Positions 1-8,903 of a stretch of DNA of 38,623 bases are shown here, one piece after another. Where the stretch lies: positions 1-38,623 of the IMG/VR virus record IMGVR_UViG_3300001726_000074. One strand, given 5' to 3'. The position numbers and the translations under genes are program-made. Source of the stretch: a virus. Its lineage: Duplodnaviria; Caudoviricetes. Every line of letters starts with the position of its first letter. Within the stretch, counting starts at the first letter, position 1. The notes under the pieces were generated by a model. It made no database searches. It had not been told where the DNA came from and worked only from the letters and a program-made list of their open reading frames with translations.

Positions 1-381
1 ATGAGTGAAGTAACCGGCCCAATCTCCACACTTCCAGGCGACGTACATAGAACTCCAACAGGAACGATGTGCGACATGCACCCAACCATACCATCTGTGG
101 CACGTATCCAAGGTGAGACGGACTCTTTCGGCTGCGAAATGATTGATATGTGCCAAACGTGTCTGGACAAACACCGAGAGTATTTGCGCGAAGAACGGAA
201 CCGTCTTCGAACCTGCGATTGGTGCAAAGCGGAAAATGTGAAAGTCCGAGAACAAAGGGATCACGACGAAGGGATGTATGGCCCTGTCTATCGTGTCTGC
301 AACGACTGCATCAAAAAGCAAAACGACGCCATCGATGCAGAGTTAGATCACTACGCCGAAAGATACGGCTATTTCGACTAA
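1..381 (+). CDS. Hypothetical phage protein with Cys/His metal-binding motifs
   Basis: 126-aa ORF with CDMH, CQTC, CDWC and CNDC motifs; same strand as the early operon at the window end. Confidence 0.75.
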   Translation: MSEVTGPISTLPGDVHRTPTGTMCDMHPTIPSVARIQGETDSFGCEMIDMCQTCLDKHREYLREERNRLRTCDWCKAENVKVREQRDHDEGMYGPVYRVCNDCIKKQNDAIDAELDHYAERYGYFD

Positions 382-423
382 TAGACGCGACACAGACCCC
401 ACACCCAACAAGGAGTAAGTGAT

Positions 424-747
424 ATGAGCGAATGGACCCTAACGATGTCATTAAGGGGGCCTTATGGTGAGCAAGTGCAATATTCACTGCCTCTTGACCA
501 TAGCGTGGCACGAGAGATTTGGAAGATCGACCCGCCGTCTTTTCTAGAATTTGTGCCAGGGGAAAGTGCCTTGGGCGTAGTTGCAACGAAAATCAAGGCG
601 CGCGAATATCGCAAAGATATGTTCGTCTCTGAGGCAAAAAGGCTCGGTCTTTTGCTTTCTGAGACAATGGAGGACTCGGAGGGATGGCACGATCAGAGCC
701 GTGTTGAGCCTGCCAGACGTGCGCTAAAGCGGCTACCCACCAGATAG
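424..747 (+). CDS. Hypothetical phage protein
   Basis: 107-aa ORF preceded by an AAGGAG RBS. Confidence 0.7.
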   Translation: MSEWTLTMSLRGPYGEQVQYSLPLDHSVAREIWKIDPPSFLEFVPGESALGVVATKIKAREYRKDMFVSEAKRLGLLLSETMEDSEGWHDQSRVEPARRALKRLPTR

Positions 748-765
748 CACAGAAAGGAAATAGCC

Positions 766-837
766 ATGGACTACCGCTTTATCTATCTCTGTCTATTTAT
801 GATCGCCGCTGGGTTCGTGCTGCAGGCCGTGCCTTAG
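766..837 (+). CDS. Small hydrophobic single-TM peptide (23 aa, MDYRFIYLCLFMIAAGFVLQAVP)
   Basis: Read directly from the sequence; AGAAAGGA RBS at 751-758; below the ORF-track cutoff. Confidence 0.5.
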   Translation: MDYRFIYLCLFMIAAGFVLQAVP

Positions 838-840
838 AAA

Positions 841-980
841 GGGGGTAAAGACAATTGTTTGCTCAGATGCATGTCAACAAAAAACATTATAAAATTTATT
901 ATCTGAATCAATGCATTACGAATATTTACCGGTTAAGATTTGGGGTAAAACTAGAATCTTTACCGGTAAAGATTTGATCC
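841..980. promoter_or_regulatory. AT-rich att-like region between convergent operons, with an IHF consensus and a duplicated 20-bp palindrome
   Basis: AATCAATGCATTA (906-918) matches IHF WATCAANNNNTTR; perfect palindrome AATCTTTACCGGTAAAGATT (955-974) with an imperfect copy at 921-940; repeated GGTAAA. Confidence 0.45.
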
Positions 981-990
981 TGCACCAGAC

Positions 991-1251
991 CTACTCCTGA
1001 GTCCATTCCTTCACCCGGGCCAGACGTGCACGGCAGTCCTCCCCTGCCCCTGCCAGATCGACCAGATACCCTGCCAGATCACGTTGCGTTACCGGCGCGG
1101 TCGGAACCAGCGGCGCAGGCTGACAGGCCAGCAATGACGGCGGGGGCAGAACGCGCTCCACCTTGATTTCGGTGACGACAATGGGCGGCGGCTCATCCCC
1201 CGCGCAGGCTGTTAAGAGTATCGAGCAGCACAGGAGCAATAGGATCGTCAT
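991..1251 (-). CDS. o-spanin (Rz1-like lipoprotein)
   Basis: Signal peptide with lipobox LLTAC, Pro-rich mature part, overlaps the 3' end of the i-spanin gene. Confidence 0.85.
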   Translation of the reverse strand: MTILLLLCCSILLTACAGDEPPPIVVTEIKVERVLPPPSLLACQPAPLVPTAPVTQRDLAGYLVDLAGAGEDCRARLARVKEWTQE

Positions 1252-1597
1252 TCCCCGGTGTGCATTCGTTTGATTTGGGTGCATGGCGGATCGCCTCTTT
1301 CAATTTGGAGATATCGGCCTGACGCTTCACCGCGGCGTCTTGCTCCTGAACCAGCAATGCCGCGGCGCGTTCGGCTTCCATCTTCACCCGCTTAACTGCC
1401 GCGGCGTTATTCTCCGCGGCGCGCAGGGCGGTTTGTTCATTTGCCTTTGCGATGGTCGCGCGCAATTCAGCAGCGTCCACGCGGGCATACAGGCCAGAGA
1501 GATAAAGCCACCCACCGACAAGGACGATCAGCGCACCGCCACCGATGAAAAGCCAGCGGGTCATGCCGCCTGAGAACAGCCCAAGGATAGCGCCCAT
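1193..1597 (-). CDS. i-spanin (Rz-like)
   Basis: N-terminal TM helix followed by an Ala-rich coiled coil; directly downstream of the endolysin; start chosen at MGAILG. Confidence 0.8.
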   Translation of the reverse strand: MGAILGLFSGGMTRWLFIGGGALIVLVGGWLYLSGLYARVDAAELRATIAKANEQTALRAAENNAAAVKRVKMEAERAAALLVQEQDAAVKRQADISKLKEAIRHAPKSNECTPGNDDPIAPVLLDTLNSLRGG

Positions 1598-2076
1598 TAT
1601 GACCGTATCTCCAATCCACTGAGACACAGCGCCCGTTCTTCTGCGCGCCGTCTGGTAAGGCCTGGAAGCGTTATTTTCATGCCTGCCAGGGTAGCCTTAT
1701 CCCACATCAAGAGCGCATCGCAGGCACCTTTAACATTACCGGCATTCGCACGGCGCGCCATGCTGGATCCGCAAAACGCCCCAGTCCCGATATTATAGGC
1801 CGCGCTCAGGAATGCAGCATGAACTTCATCCGGCAAGTTAGAGGGTAAGCATCGGTCGATCTTCGCGGAAAACTCCGCAAGCCTATCGCCAAGCATTGCA
1901 TCACATTCCGCCCTGGTCGCTGTGTCGCCCAAACGGACGCCCTCAATTTCGCCATAGCAGATCGTCGGAATGCCTACCGGGTCTTTGTATGCGACGGTAC
2001 GCAAGCCCTCAAAGCCACCGACCAGCGGCACAGCGACCGCCGCAATCTTGGCGTATTTCCCGATCCGTCTTGGCAT
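1597..2076 (-). CDS. Endolysin, GH24 phage lysozyme, probably SAR-type
   Basis: FEGLRTVAYKDPVGIPTICYG catalytic E/D/T motif, AYNIG, GLTRRRAEERALCL; basic and weakly hydrophobic N-terminus. Confidence 0.93.
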   Translation of the reverse strand: MPRRIGKYAKIAAVAVPLVGGFEGLRTVAYKDPVGIPTICYGEIEGVRLGDTATRAECDAMLGDRLAEFSAKIDRCLPSNLPDEVHAAFLSAAYNIGTGAFCGSSMARRANAGNVKGACDALLMWDKATLAGMKITLPGLTRRRAEERALCLSGLEIRS

Positions 2077-2079
2077 GGA

Positions 2080-2292
2080 TCAGTCCTCTTTTGGCTTGGG
2101 GTTCTGCATTTCTTTCCATGCCGCCCGCAAGCGGACCCATGACCAGATCACACCTAAGATGGCTGCAATCATGGCGAAGAATGCGGCCAATAGATTGAAG
2201 CTTTGCGTGGCTGCTTCGATTGATAGCCAGCCCGCGCTAATCGTTACAGCGGGGGCCGCGATGCCGTCTGGAATTTTGTGTGGAAGGTTCAT
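2080..2292 (-). CDS. Holin-like membrane protein
   Basis: Hydrophobic segment(s) plus a charged C-terminus, immediately upstream of the lysozyme; start uncertain (frame is open further upstream). Confidence 0.6.
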   Translation of the reverse strand: MNLPHKIPDGIAAPAVTISAGWLSIEAATQSFNLLAAFFAMIAAILGVIWSWVRLRAAWKEMQNPKPKED

Positions 2293-2404
2293 GACTCGAC
2301 ACCGCCAATTTTTAACCATACCGTCTGCATATTCCTGATCCCTTTGCATTAGGGTTTGGGATAGGCCCTCGGCAATCCTGTAACGACTGTCGGGGGCCGG
2401 TCTT

Positions 2405-2908
2405 TTACTCACACGCCTTGCGCAACGCTTCCATTTGCTCTTTGAACACGCCGGAATAATACCCGCGCGACCGTTTCGCAGATTCAAACTCACTGAGGAT
2501 CTGGCTTACATTCGGGTCAATCCAGACCTTCTGAATACCCAAAATAAAGCCGCCCCCAGCCATAACAAGCATTAGCATTGCAATTACAACCGACTTGGCG
2601 ATTGCGTTCCTGTCGTCTGCGTTCGACTGCATCGACCGCCTCCATATCTTTGAGAAAACAGTGATGCAGTTCGTCTGCAACGACCACTTAGCCCCGACAA
2701 GAGAGTCGAGGTATTTCACGTCGCCCGGTGCCTTTATGCCGGGCTGATCCCCTCCCCTTGCTTGGGAAGCTGGCAATTTCAGAAGGCCACGCCCTCGCTT
2801 AAAGACATACCAGTACTCGCCAATGACAACTGACCGGCTCATAAACCCAAGCCACATCTCCAAGAGAGCGCCAGGCCATGTTTCAGGCGTCTTGTGTACA
2901 AGCCTCAC
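2405..2908 (-). CDS. Hypothetical protein with a C-terminal TM segment; strong internal in-frame start at 2632
   Basis: 167-aa ORF coupled to the upstream gene; GGAGG RBS before the internal MQSNADD. Confidence 0.55.
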   Translation of the reverse strand: MRLVHKTPETWPGALLEMWLGFMSRSVVIGEYWYVFKRGRGLLKLPASQARGGDQPGIKAPGDVKYLDSLVGAKWSLQTNCITVFSKIWRRSMQSNADDRNAIAKSVVIAMLMLVMAGGGFILGIQKVWIDPNVSQILSEFESAKRSRGYYSGVFKEQMEALRKACE

Positions 2909-3372
2909 TCAATTGCAGCGGCAGCCGTAAAGAAGGCGTTCAGGGCGTCTTCATCGGCCTCCGCCTCCGCAGCAACGGCAAGCATCAATGGATCGTCAAT
3001 AACCGCACCAACCAAAGTAAGGGCCTGAACCCGCGCCGCAAACCTGGACTCACTTGGGAGACCGGCAATCACGTCTTCCAAAAGCTGTGGCAATGTGTTG
3101 GTTTCCGCCCACGCCACTGCCTGCGCCTCTGTGATCCATTCGTCTACCGCGCATTGCGTAATAAGCTGGCGTTTGGAGATGCTGCGCGGGACAACCGGGT
3201 CAGGATCAGGGGCCGGGGCCGGAGTATAGACGGAAAGAACCCCGCCGCCCGCAATGTTGTACGGCATATCAGGCGGGAATTTATTGCCAGCAAGGCCAGC
3301 ATGCTCTTGAATGGTGCGCCATGACGACGGACCATGCGTCACTTCTTCATTCTCGGTGATGATATATCTCAT
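2905..3372 (-). CDS. Tail-fibre-associated / assembly-like protein
   Basis: VPRSISKRQL...LNAFFTAAAAI pattern typical of ORFs downstream of tail fibres; position. Confidence 0.6.
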   Translation of the reverse strand: MRYIITENEEVTHGPSSWRTIQEHAGLAGNKFPPDMPYNIAGGGVLSVYTPAPAPDPDPVVPRSISKRQLITQCAVDEWITEAQAVAWAETNTLPQLLEDVIAGLPSESRFAARVQALTLVGAVIDDPLMLAVAAEAEADEDALNAFFTAAAAIE

Positions 3373-3381
3373 GTTGACCTC

Positions 3382-4068
3382 TTATGCTAAGGGGAAGCTG
3401 GCAACAGCCATTGGCGCGGCGCGCACTTCTGTTCCTGAAAAATCAGCGGTCACGGTCAGGGATGTTTCGCCAGAAGCGGACGCCAGAGACGCCCCGGAAG
3501 CGATATCGCCAACCGTCGTATTCCACTGGATGCCATCGACATCCTCTGTCAGTCCTGTCCACGTCCAAGATGGTGGTCCGCCCGTATTAGATCGCACCGC
3601 AACCATGCCGACACACACACCACCGGCTGGGATGTCGATGCTGACGCTTGTTGGTTCGCCGGAGTCCGTCGCTGTGTCTTCAGCCGTTGCAGATGATCCA
3701 TAACCAGCCCAGACAACAATCCCACACCCAGTCGTGGCGTCGTCATGGTCAACGAATATCGTGGCTGTTGTGCCGGATGCCACAGCCAAAGCCCAGATTG
3801 AGACTTCTTCCGCGTTTGGTGATCCTGGCCCTTCTGCTTTGACGATTTGCGTTGCTGACACGCCGCCGATAGTGACATCAACAACAGTCCCCGTGCCGCT
3901 GACTGTTCCGGCTGTTACAGCTACATAAACCACCCGATCTGGGGCAGCGTCTCCTATATCGATGCCGGGGAACGTCCAGTCATTGCCTCCGGTATTCGCG
4001 GCGCTGTCCGTGTATTCCAGTGTCGCTGCGGCTACACCACCGCTCAGGGCGCGCGTGAGGATTAGCAT
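3382..4068 (-). CDS. Tail-fibre / receptor-binding-associated beta-rich protein
   Basis: Gly/Thr/Ala/Val-rich, 228 aa, coupled to the tail fibre gene. Confidence 0.55.
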   Translation of the reverse strand: MLILTRALSGGVAAATLEYTDSAANTGGNDWTFPGIDIGDAAPDRVVYVAVTAGTVSGTGTVVDVTIGGVSATQIVKAEGPGSPNAEEVSIWALAVASGTTATIFVDHDDATTGCGIVVWAGYGSSATAEDTATDSGEPTSVSIDIPAGGVCVGMVAVRSNTGGPPSWTWTGLTEDVDGIQWNTTVGDIASGASLASASGETSLTVTADFSGTEVRAAPMAVASFPLA

Positions 4069-5108
4069 TATGATACCTCATCGATATCAAGAATCGTGGT
4101 GGACCCTACTTTCGTCACGACAAACCGATGCACCTTGTCCGCCGTGTTGTCATACGCACCATTTACAATTGTAAATCCGCTGGTCGTGATGGTGTAGGAG
4201 CCGGTTGCGTCGGTTGTCGCGATAATAACGGCAACCCCGTTCCCACTTGATGGAGGCGCAAGCGTGAAACTGCCGTTGATCGTGAGGGTCTGTAGGCATT
4301 CTTCTGTCAGCGAGACCGTGACCGTTCCCGTTCCGCTGTTCCCAATAGCGTAAACATCGCTGGTAAAGCCTACAGTGAGGTTGTCGGATTCATCCGCGAA
4401 CAGGGTGTCAGCGTTATAGGCCTGGACCTCTGACCCAATAGTTCCCGTTGCGGCGTCACCCAATTCCAGAGTTGTTCTTGCGGCGGCGGCGTCAGCATCA
4501 TCAATAAGGCTTGCGCCGAAGGCTGATACCGTGAAGCCTGGATCATTTAACGGATTAAGTAGCTGCCAGCGTGTATTCGCCAGTTCGTATTGCAGTACCA
4601 GAACATGGCCCGCCCCGACAATATCTCCCGCGACTAAGGCATCTGATCCATTTTTTACAATTGTATAAGCCGTAAGGCCATTTGGGGCGAATGTCGGGGT
4701 TGTCGTGGCATTCGCATCCGTCGCGCGAACATAAAGCGTCATGCCATCAACAAGCGCCGTAATTGCTGGTGAATAGGTGGCTGTTATGGCGTCCGCCGTG
4801 CCCCCCCCAGCGACAAAGTTTGCCGCTCCGTCTTGAACCTGCCCGACAGTGCTTAAATCTGACCGGGCTGTCCCTGTCGCGGCATTTGTATATCTGTTGC
4901 CGCCAAGGTTGAGGTTGCCTGTCGCTGCGTTCGTGCCGTCTTTTTTGAGTGTCGCGTTAATGCCTGCCGCAAGGTCCTGATCGTGCGTGTCATGACGATC
5001 TGTCGTTATCTTTGTGCCTGCGGCCTTGTCTTGGGCCCATGTACTGGACCCTGTATTGACGCCATTAGAGCGCGTGAATTGAGCGTTGGAAGAACCAGAC
5101 CAAGGCAT
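4068..5108 (-). CDS. Tail fibre / tailspike protein
   Basis: Podovirus-type N-terminal attachment region, LIDDADAAAARTTLELG fibre motif, position after the ejection genes. Confidence 0.75.
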   Translation of the reverse strand: MPWSGSSNAQFTRSNGVNTGSSTWAQDKAAGTKITTDRHDTHDQDLAAGINATLKKDGTNAATGNLNLGGNRYTNAATGTARSDLSTVGQVQDGAANFVAGGGTADAITATYSPAITALVDGMTLYVRATDANATTTPTFAPNGLTAYTIVKNGSDALVAGDIVGAGHVLVLQYELANTRWQLLNPLNDPGFTVSAFGASLIDDADAAAARTTLELGDAATGTIGSEVQAYNADTLFADESDNLTVGFTSDVYAIGNSGTGTVTVSLTEECLQTLTINGSFTLAPPSSGNGVAVIIATTDATGSYTITTSGFTIVNGAYDNTADKVHRFVVTKVGSTTILDIDEVS

Positions 5109-5117
5109 AGGACTCTC

Positions 5118-7067
5118 CTATTTTGTGTTTGCGCTTCCGCCCATTAGAGCGGCGGCAAGGCTTGTGTTTCGGTTGGCAACCTGACCCGTCCGGCTGCTTT
5201 CCTTTGAAAGTTCGGCAGCGATGCGTGACATGCGGTCTTTGTTCGTTTCAAACAACATCGTTGCCAATTCGTCGGAGACCTCGTTTCGGGGGCGGCGCAA
5301 AGCAGTGGCAATGGCGTTGATGATGGTGTCTTTAGGGCGCGTTACAGCATCGATGCCAGCGCCTACAGGGTCTTGAGCAAGGTCTGCCATGGCCTCTTGA
5401 CGGAAGGCTGTGCGAGAGTTTCCAAGAACATTGCGGCCCGTATTGGAAAACTCGCGCTCCTGGCGAAGGGTAGACAGGATATCGTCCGCCTTCTCTCCAA
5501 AAATCACACGAAGCTTGTCTTCCTGCATGATAATCTGGCGAGAAGCATCCTCGCCCATTGCCGCGCGCGGGCCGATTTTGTCCTCTATTGCCTGCAACAC
5601 AGATCGCTGAAATGCCCCCTTCTGATCGGGGTTCATACGGTCAAAAACCTGCTTTACATCGCGGGGGTTGCGGTATTGGAAAAAGCGAGATCCGGCTTGG
5701 ACCGCCTCATCCAATTTAAGAGGGCCGGACAACTCTCCAAGCATCTTCCCGTATTCAGGGTTCAACCCCTTCACAATATCCCTGAATTGCGCGCGGGTCT
5801 TCTGCATGTCAGCAAGAAGATTTTTACCGTATGGAGAAGACAGCGCGCCCGTGATTGCATCGCGCTTTGGTTCAAGGGCATCGTCTAAACCCTTCTTTAC
5901 CCAATGCAAAACAGTGGTTTCAACTTCCTTAATGTCTTGCCTGTTTATGATTTCAGCAAGCGGGGGGAGGTCCTGCCCCTGCTCCCGTGCTATTTTCTGG
6001 GCATTCTTCCAGGCGGTTTGAATGGAAGGCCGTGAGGCAAAGCTTTTAAGCTCCGGCGTCAGTGGCACGCGCGTCTGCAGGGATTGCATGAACCGTTGCG
6101 ACATATCCGAAGGCACAACGGATGTTTGCTTTGGAATGACGGATTCAAACGCTTTCAGGATGCGATCCGCCTGCCCTCCTGCCCGTTTATTCAGCATTTC
6201 ATCTGCTGTCGTGAGCGCGGCACCTGGCTTGGCTGCGACAACCTCACCTAATGCGCCGGTGTTCTTGCCGACATCGACCAGCGCCCCGGCTTCGCCCATC
6301 TGGTCTAAACGGGCCATTGCCTGCTCTGGCGTGTATCCGTCGCGATGAAGTGCCTCTAATATTTTTCTCTGGGCAACATCGACAGGCTTACCTTTGATCG
6401 CTGAGACAGTCTGGAAAAAATGCTGCAAGCCTCCCGTTGCTGCACCAACACCAGCGCCCATTAATCCCCCCAGGACAGCGCCCTGAGCCCTTGATCCTGG
6501 CTCAGCGTAGCCAGCCCCCGCAACAGCCCCCTCACCTGTCCCAACAGCGCCGTAACCAACATATCTAGCAGCATTAGGAAATTGATTTGCGAGCGGCACG
6601 CCTTTCATTGCCGTCATGGCCCCTTTCACTATAGGGCCTCCCGTCATGACCCCCCCTGCAACCTGCCCCGGTATAGCAATCATGGGGTCTATCTGATCGG
6701 TTCGCGAGGCTTCGGCCTGATAATTTTCAGCATAAGGCTTGCCATTCAGAAGCGTATTCCCGCCCGCTGCAATTTCGTCAGCAAACCCGAAGGTCATACC
6801 GTTGGCAACAGAGCGCACAGCATCATCAAGATTTCGACCAACACGGCCTATTTCTTGAGACGGAGACTGGTAAATCTGCTCCTGTGTCGGGGCCGATGGG
6901 CCCTGCAACGGGGGGGCAGGAGGCTCTAAGCCTAATTGTGCGTCAAATTCCGCCCGATCCATCTTATCTGCGTAGTGACGGCGATAGATTCCGTCCGCAA
7001 GTGTGGCGTCATCTATCTGCATATAAACGGGGTATTTTTGGCGGTATTGATCAAGGATTTCTGACAT
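5118..7067 (-). CDS. Large internal virion (DNA ejection) protein
   Basis: 649 aa, GMTFGFADEI motif, Gly/Ala-rich hydrophobic stretch, last of three ejection-type genes. Confidence 0.7.
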   Translation of the reverse strand: MSEILDQYRQKYPVYMQIDDATLADGIYRRHYADKMDRAEFDAQLGLEPPAPPLQGPSAPTQEQIYQSPSQEIGRVGRNLDDAVRSVANGMTFGFADEIAAGGNTLLNGKPYAENYQAEASRTDQIDPMIAIPGQVAGGVMTGGPIVKGAMTAMKGVPLANQFPNAARYVGYGAVGTGEGAVAGAGYAEPGSRAQGAVLGGLMGAGVGAATGGLQHFFQTVSAIKGKPVDVAQRKILEALHRDGYTPEQAMARLDQMGEAGALVDVGKNTGALGEVVAAKPGAALTTADEMLNKRAGGQADRILKAFESVIPKQTSVVPSDMSQRFMQSLQTRVPLTPELKSFASRPSIQTAWKNAQKIAREQGQDLPPLAEIINRQDIKEVETTVLHWVKKGLDDALEPKRDAITGALSSPYGKNLLADMQKTRAQFRDIVKGLNPEYGKMLGELSGPLKLDEAVQAGSRFFQYRNPRDVKQVFDRMNPDQKGAFQRSVLQAIEDKIGPRAAMGEDASRQIIMQEDKLRVIFGEKADDILSTLRQEREFSNTGRNVLGNSRTAFRQEAMADLAQDPVGAGIDAVTRPKDTIINAIATALRRPRNEVSDELATMLFETNKDRMSRIAAELSKESSRTGQVANRNTSLAAALMGGSANTK

Positions 7068-7143
7068 TCAGACCCCCAAAGCGATGTAATTTGTTGATGC
7101 TTTTGCATTGGCATTGGACGCAAAGGGCGCTTATATTCACGCC

Positions 7144-7449
7144 ATGCAGGAATTTATCGTTAATCTCGCTATTGCCTTCGTCATACACTTCTTCCCAGTA
7201 GACGCTGCGAAGGAGCCTCCGAAACAATGGCAGTACACGCCCAGCCTTGAAGTGCCGCCGGGGCCGATCCCGCGCGATCGATGCATCCGGGCTGTCTATC
7301 TCTCGCAAGAACTTAAAGATTCCCGCAAAGCCAATACCGGCGAATGGTGGGAGCCACCAATTGATGATCAACTTGCAACCTGGCTTGAATGGCACCGTGC
7401 CTATGGCGATTTAACGCTAACGTTCTGTGACCACGGCGGGGACGCCTAA
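7144..7449 (+). CDS. Opposite-strand moron encoding a putative exported protein
   Basis: MQEFIVNLAIAFVIHFFPVDA signal-like N-terminus; fills the gap between two minus-strand virion genes; TGGCAT-N17-TATATT just upstream. Confidence 0.6.
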   Translation: MQEFIVNLAIAFVIHFFPVDAAKEPPKQWQYTPSLEVPPGPIPRDRCIRAVYLSQELKDSRKANTGEWWEPPIDDQLATWLEWHRAYGDLTLTFCDHGGDA

Positions 7450-8903
7450 AACTGACTTCCTTGACGCGGGGTTCCTTGGGGCAATTTCAGCCCAAGCGGA
7501 TTATCCGGCGTAGGCTCCACAAAATCAGACACACTGGGGGCTTGTGGTTGTTCAACGCGAACCTTGCGGCTTTCAAACTCTGGAGGCACCGGCAGCCCTG
7601 CTTTTTCATATGTGCGCGCAGCGGCCCGCTTAAGAACCTCTTTCAAATCTTCCGCAGCCTGTCGATACGCTCCTTCTGACTGTCCGGTCATTGAGAGGCG
7701 CGACATTGCTTCCGTTGCTTTCCGGCCCTCTGTTTCCGTGATCTGTCCGCCGCCCTTCAACCCTTCAAACGCTTGCAAGAATTGCTGTCCACCGATCTGA
7801 TCAAGGCGGGCTTGGAAATCAGCTTCTTTGGATCCTCGCGGATAACTTCCCGTAACCATTCCAACTGTGCCTGAGAGACTGTTCGGCATACCCACAACAC
7901 CTGACATGCCAGGGTGACTTACCAAATCATCCACCATCTGAATCATGTTGGCGGTTTCGTCTCGCACCTTTGGAATACTGTCTCTTGCCTCGATCACCGC
8001 TTTCGGTGGCGAGACCATAGATGCGCCCGCCGGAAGGCTCTGCGCGGGTGGCTGTGCCGCTGCTTGTTGCGGCATAGCCTGTGCGGGTTGAGGCTGACCA
8101 GAGACCGGCTGCTGCTGTCCCCCATAGGGATCGGCGAAGGCTGACAGGTCCATCGCCGGAATCATCACCGTAGACCCATCAGGCATTGTCTGGATGCGAT
8201 CCTTGCTGTTTTTCTCATAAGCCCATTGCGCCATCATGCGCAAATCTTGCGGGACCGGCTGCCCGGACTGAGTCAATTGAGTGTATTTGATCAAGGCGTT
8301 GGCCTCTTGTGCAGGCATCCCACTACCAGCAAAACCAGACTGCGGCGCATCAGGGGTTTTATAGTCGCCACCGATCACATAGCCACGCTCCAGCGCCTGC
8401 GTGAATTGCTCGCTGCCCTCTGCGGCAGAAACAGGCGTAGCGTTAGGATTTCGTGGGTCATAAAGGGTCACATACTTTTGGCTCCCTTGTTTCTGGGGAA
8501 CACCCTTACCAACGGCATCTTGTGCGGTGCCGTAAATCTGTGCTCCATCATCGCCCATAACAGGCACCAGATCAGACGCTTTGAGCGGGTCCTTGCCCTT
8601 TAACTGCTGTGCAAGCATGACGCTCTGAATCTCTGGTCCAAGCTGTGCCGCGCCGCTCATATCGCCCGATAGCGCCTTTTGCAGTGCAGCGCTATAATTT
8701 GCCTGACGCTGGTTATAGTCGGAATCAAGTTGCTTTCCCTTGTCGCCAGCAACATAGCCCTGAAACGCCCGCGCTATAGCCTGTAGTGGGTGCTGTACGG
8801 GGGATGTATCACTTGCCGACTGCGAAAGCGCATCGATCATCCGACGGCGGCTATCAGTGTTGTAGGACTGCCGAAGATGCGGGGGAAGTGTCGAGAAATC
8901 CAT
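7446..8903 (-). CDS. Internal virion (DNA ejection) protein
   Basis: 485 aa, Gln/Pro/Ala-rich, C-terminal LKGGGQITETEG motif; synteny. Confidence 0.7.
   Translation of the reverse strand: MDFSTLPPHLRQSYNTDSRRRMIDALSQSASDTSPVQHPLQAIARAFQGYVAGDKGKQLDSDYNQRQANYSAALQKALSGDMSGAAQLGPEIQSVMLAQQLKGKDPLKASDLVPVMGDDGAQIYGTAQDAVGKGVPQKQGSQKYVTLYDPRNPNATPVSAAEGSEQFTQALERGYVIGGDYKTPDAPQSGFAGSGMPAQEANALIKYTQLTQSGQPVPQDLRMMAQWAYEKNSKDRIQTMPDGSTVMIPAMDLSAFADPYGGQQQPVSGQPQPAQAMPQQAAAQPPAQSLPAGASMVSPPKAVIEARDSIPKVRDETANMIQMVDDLVSHPGMSGVVGMPNSLSGTVGMVTGSYPRGSKEADFQARLDQIGGQQFLQAFEGLKGGGQITETEGRKATEAMSRLSMTGQSEGAYRQAAEDLKEVLKRAAARTYEKAGLPVPPEFESRKVRVEQPQAPSVSDFVEPTPDNPLGLKLPQGTPRQGSQF

Noticed and set aside
955-974. 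Protelomerase telRL site of a linear plasmid prophage
   Set aside because: The palindrome is short and no protelomerase or par genes were recognised.
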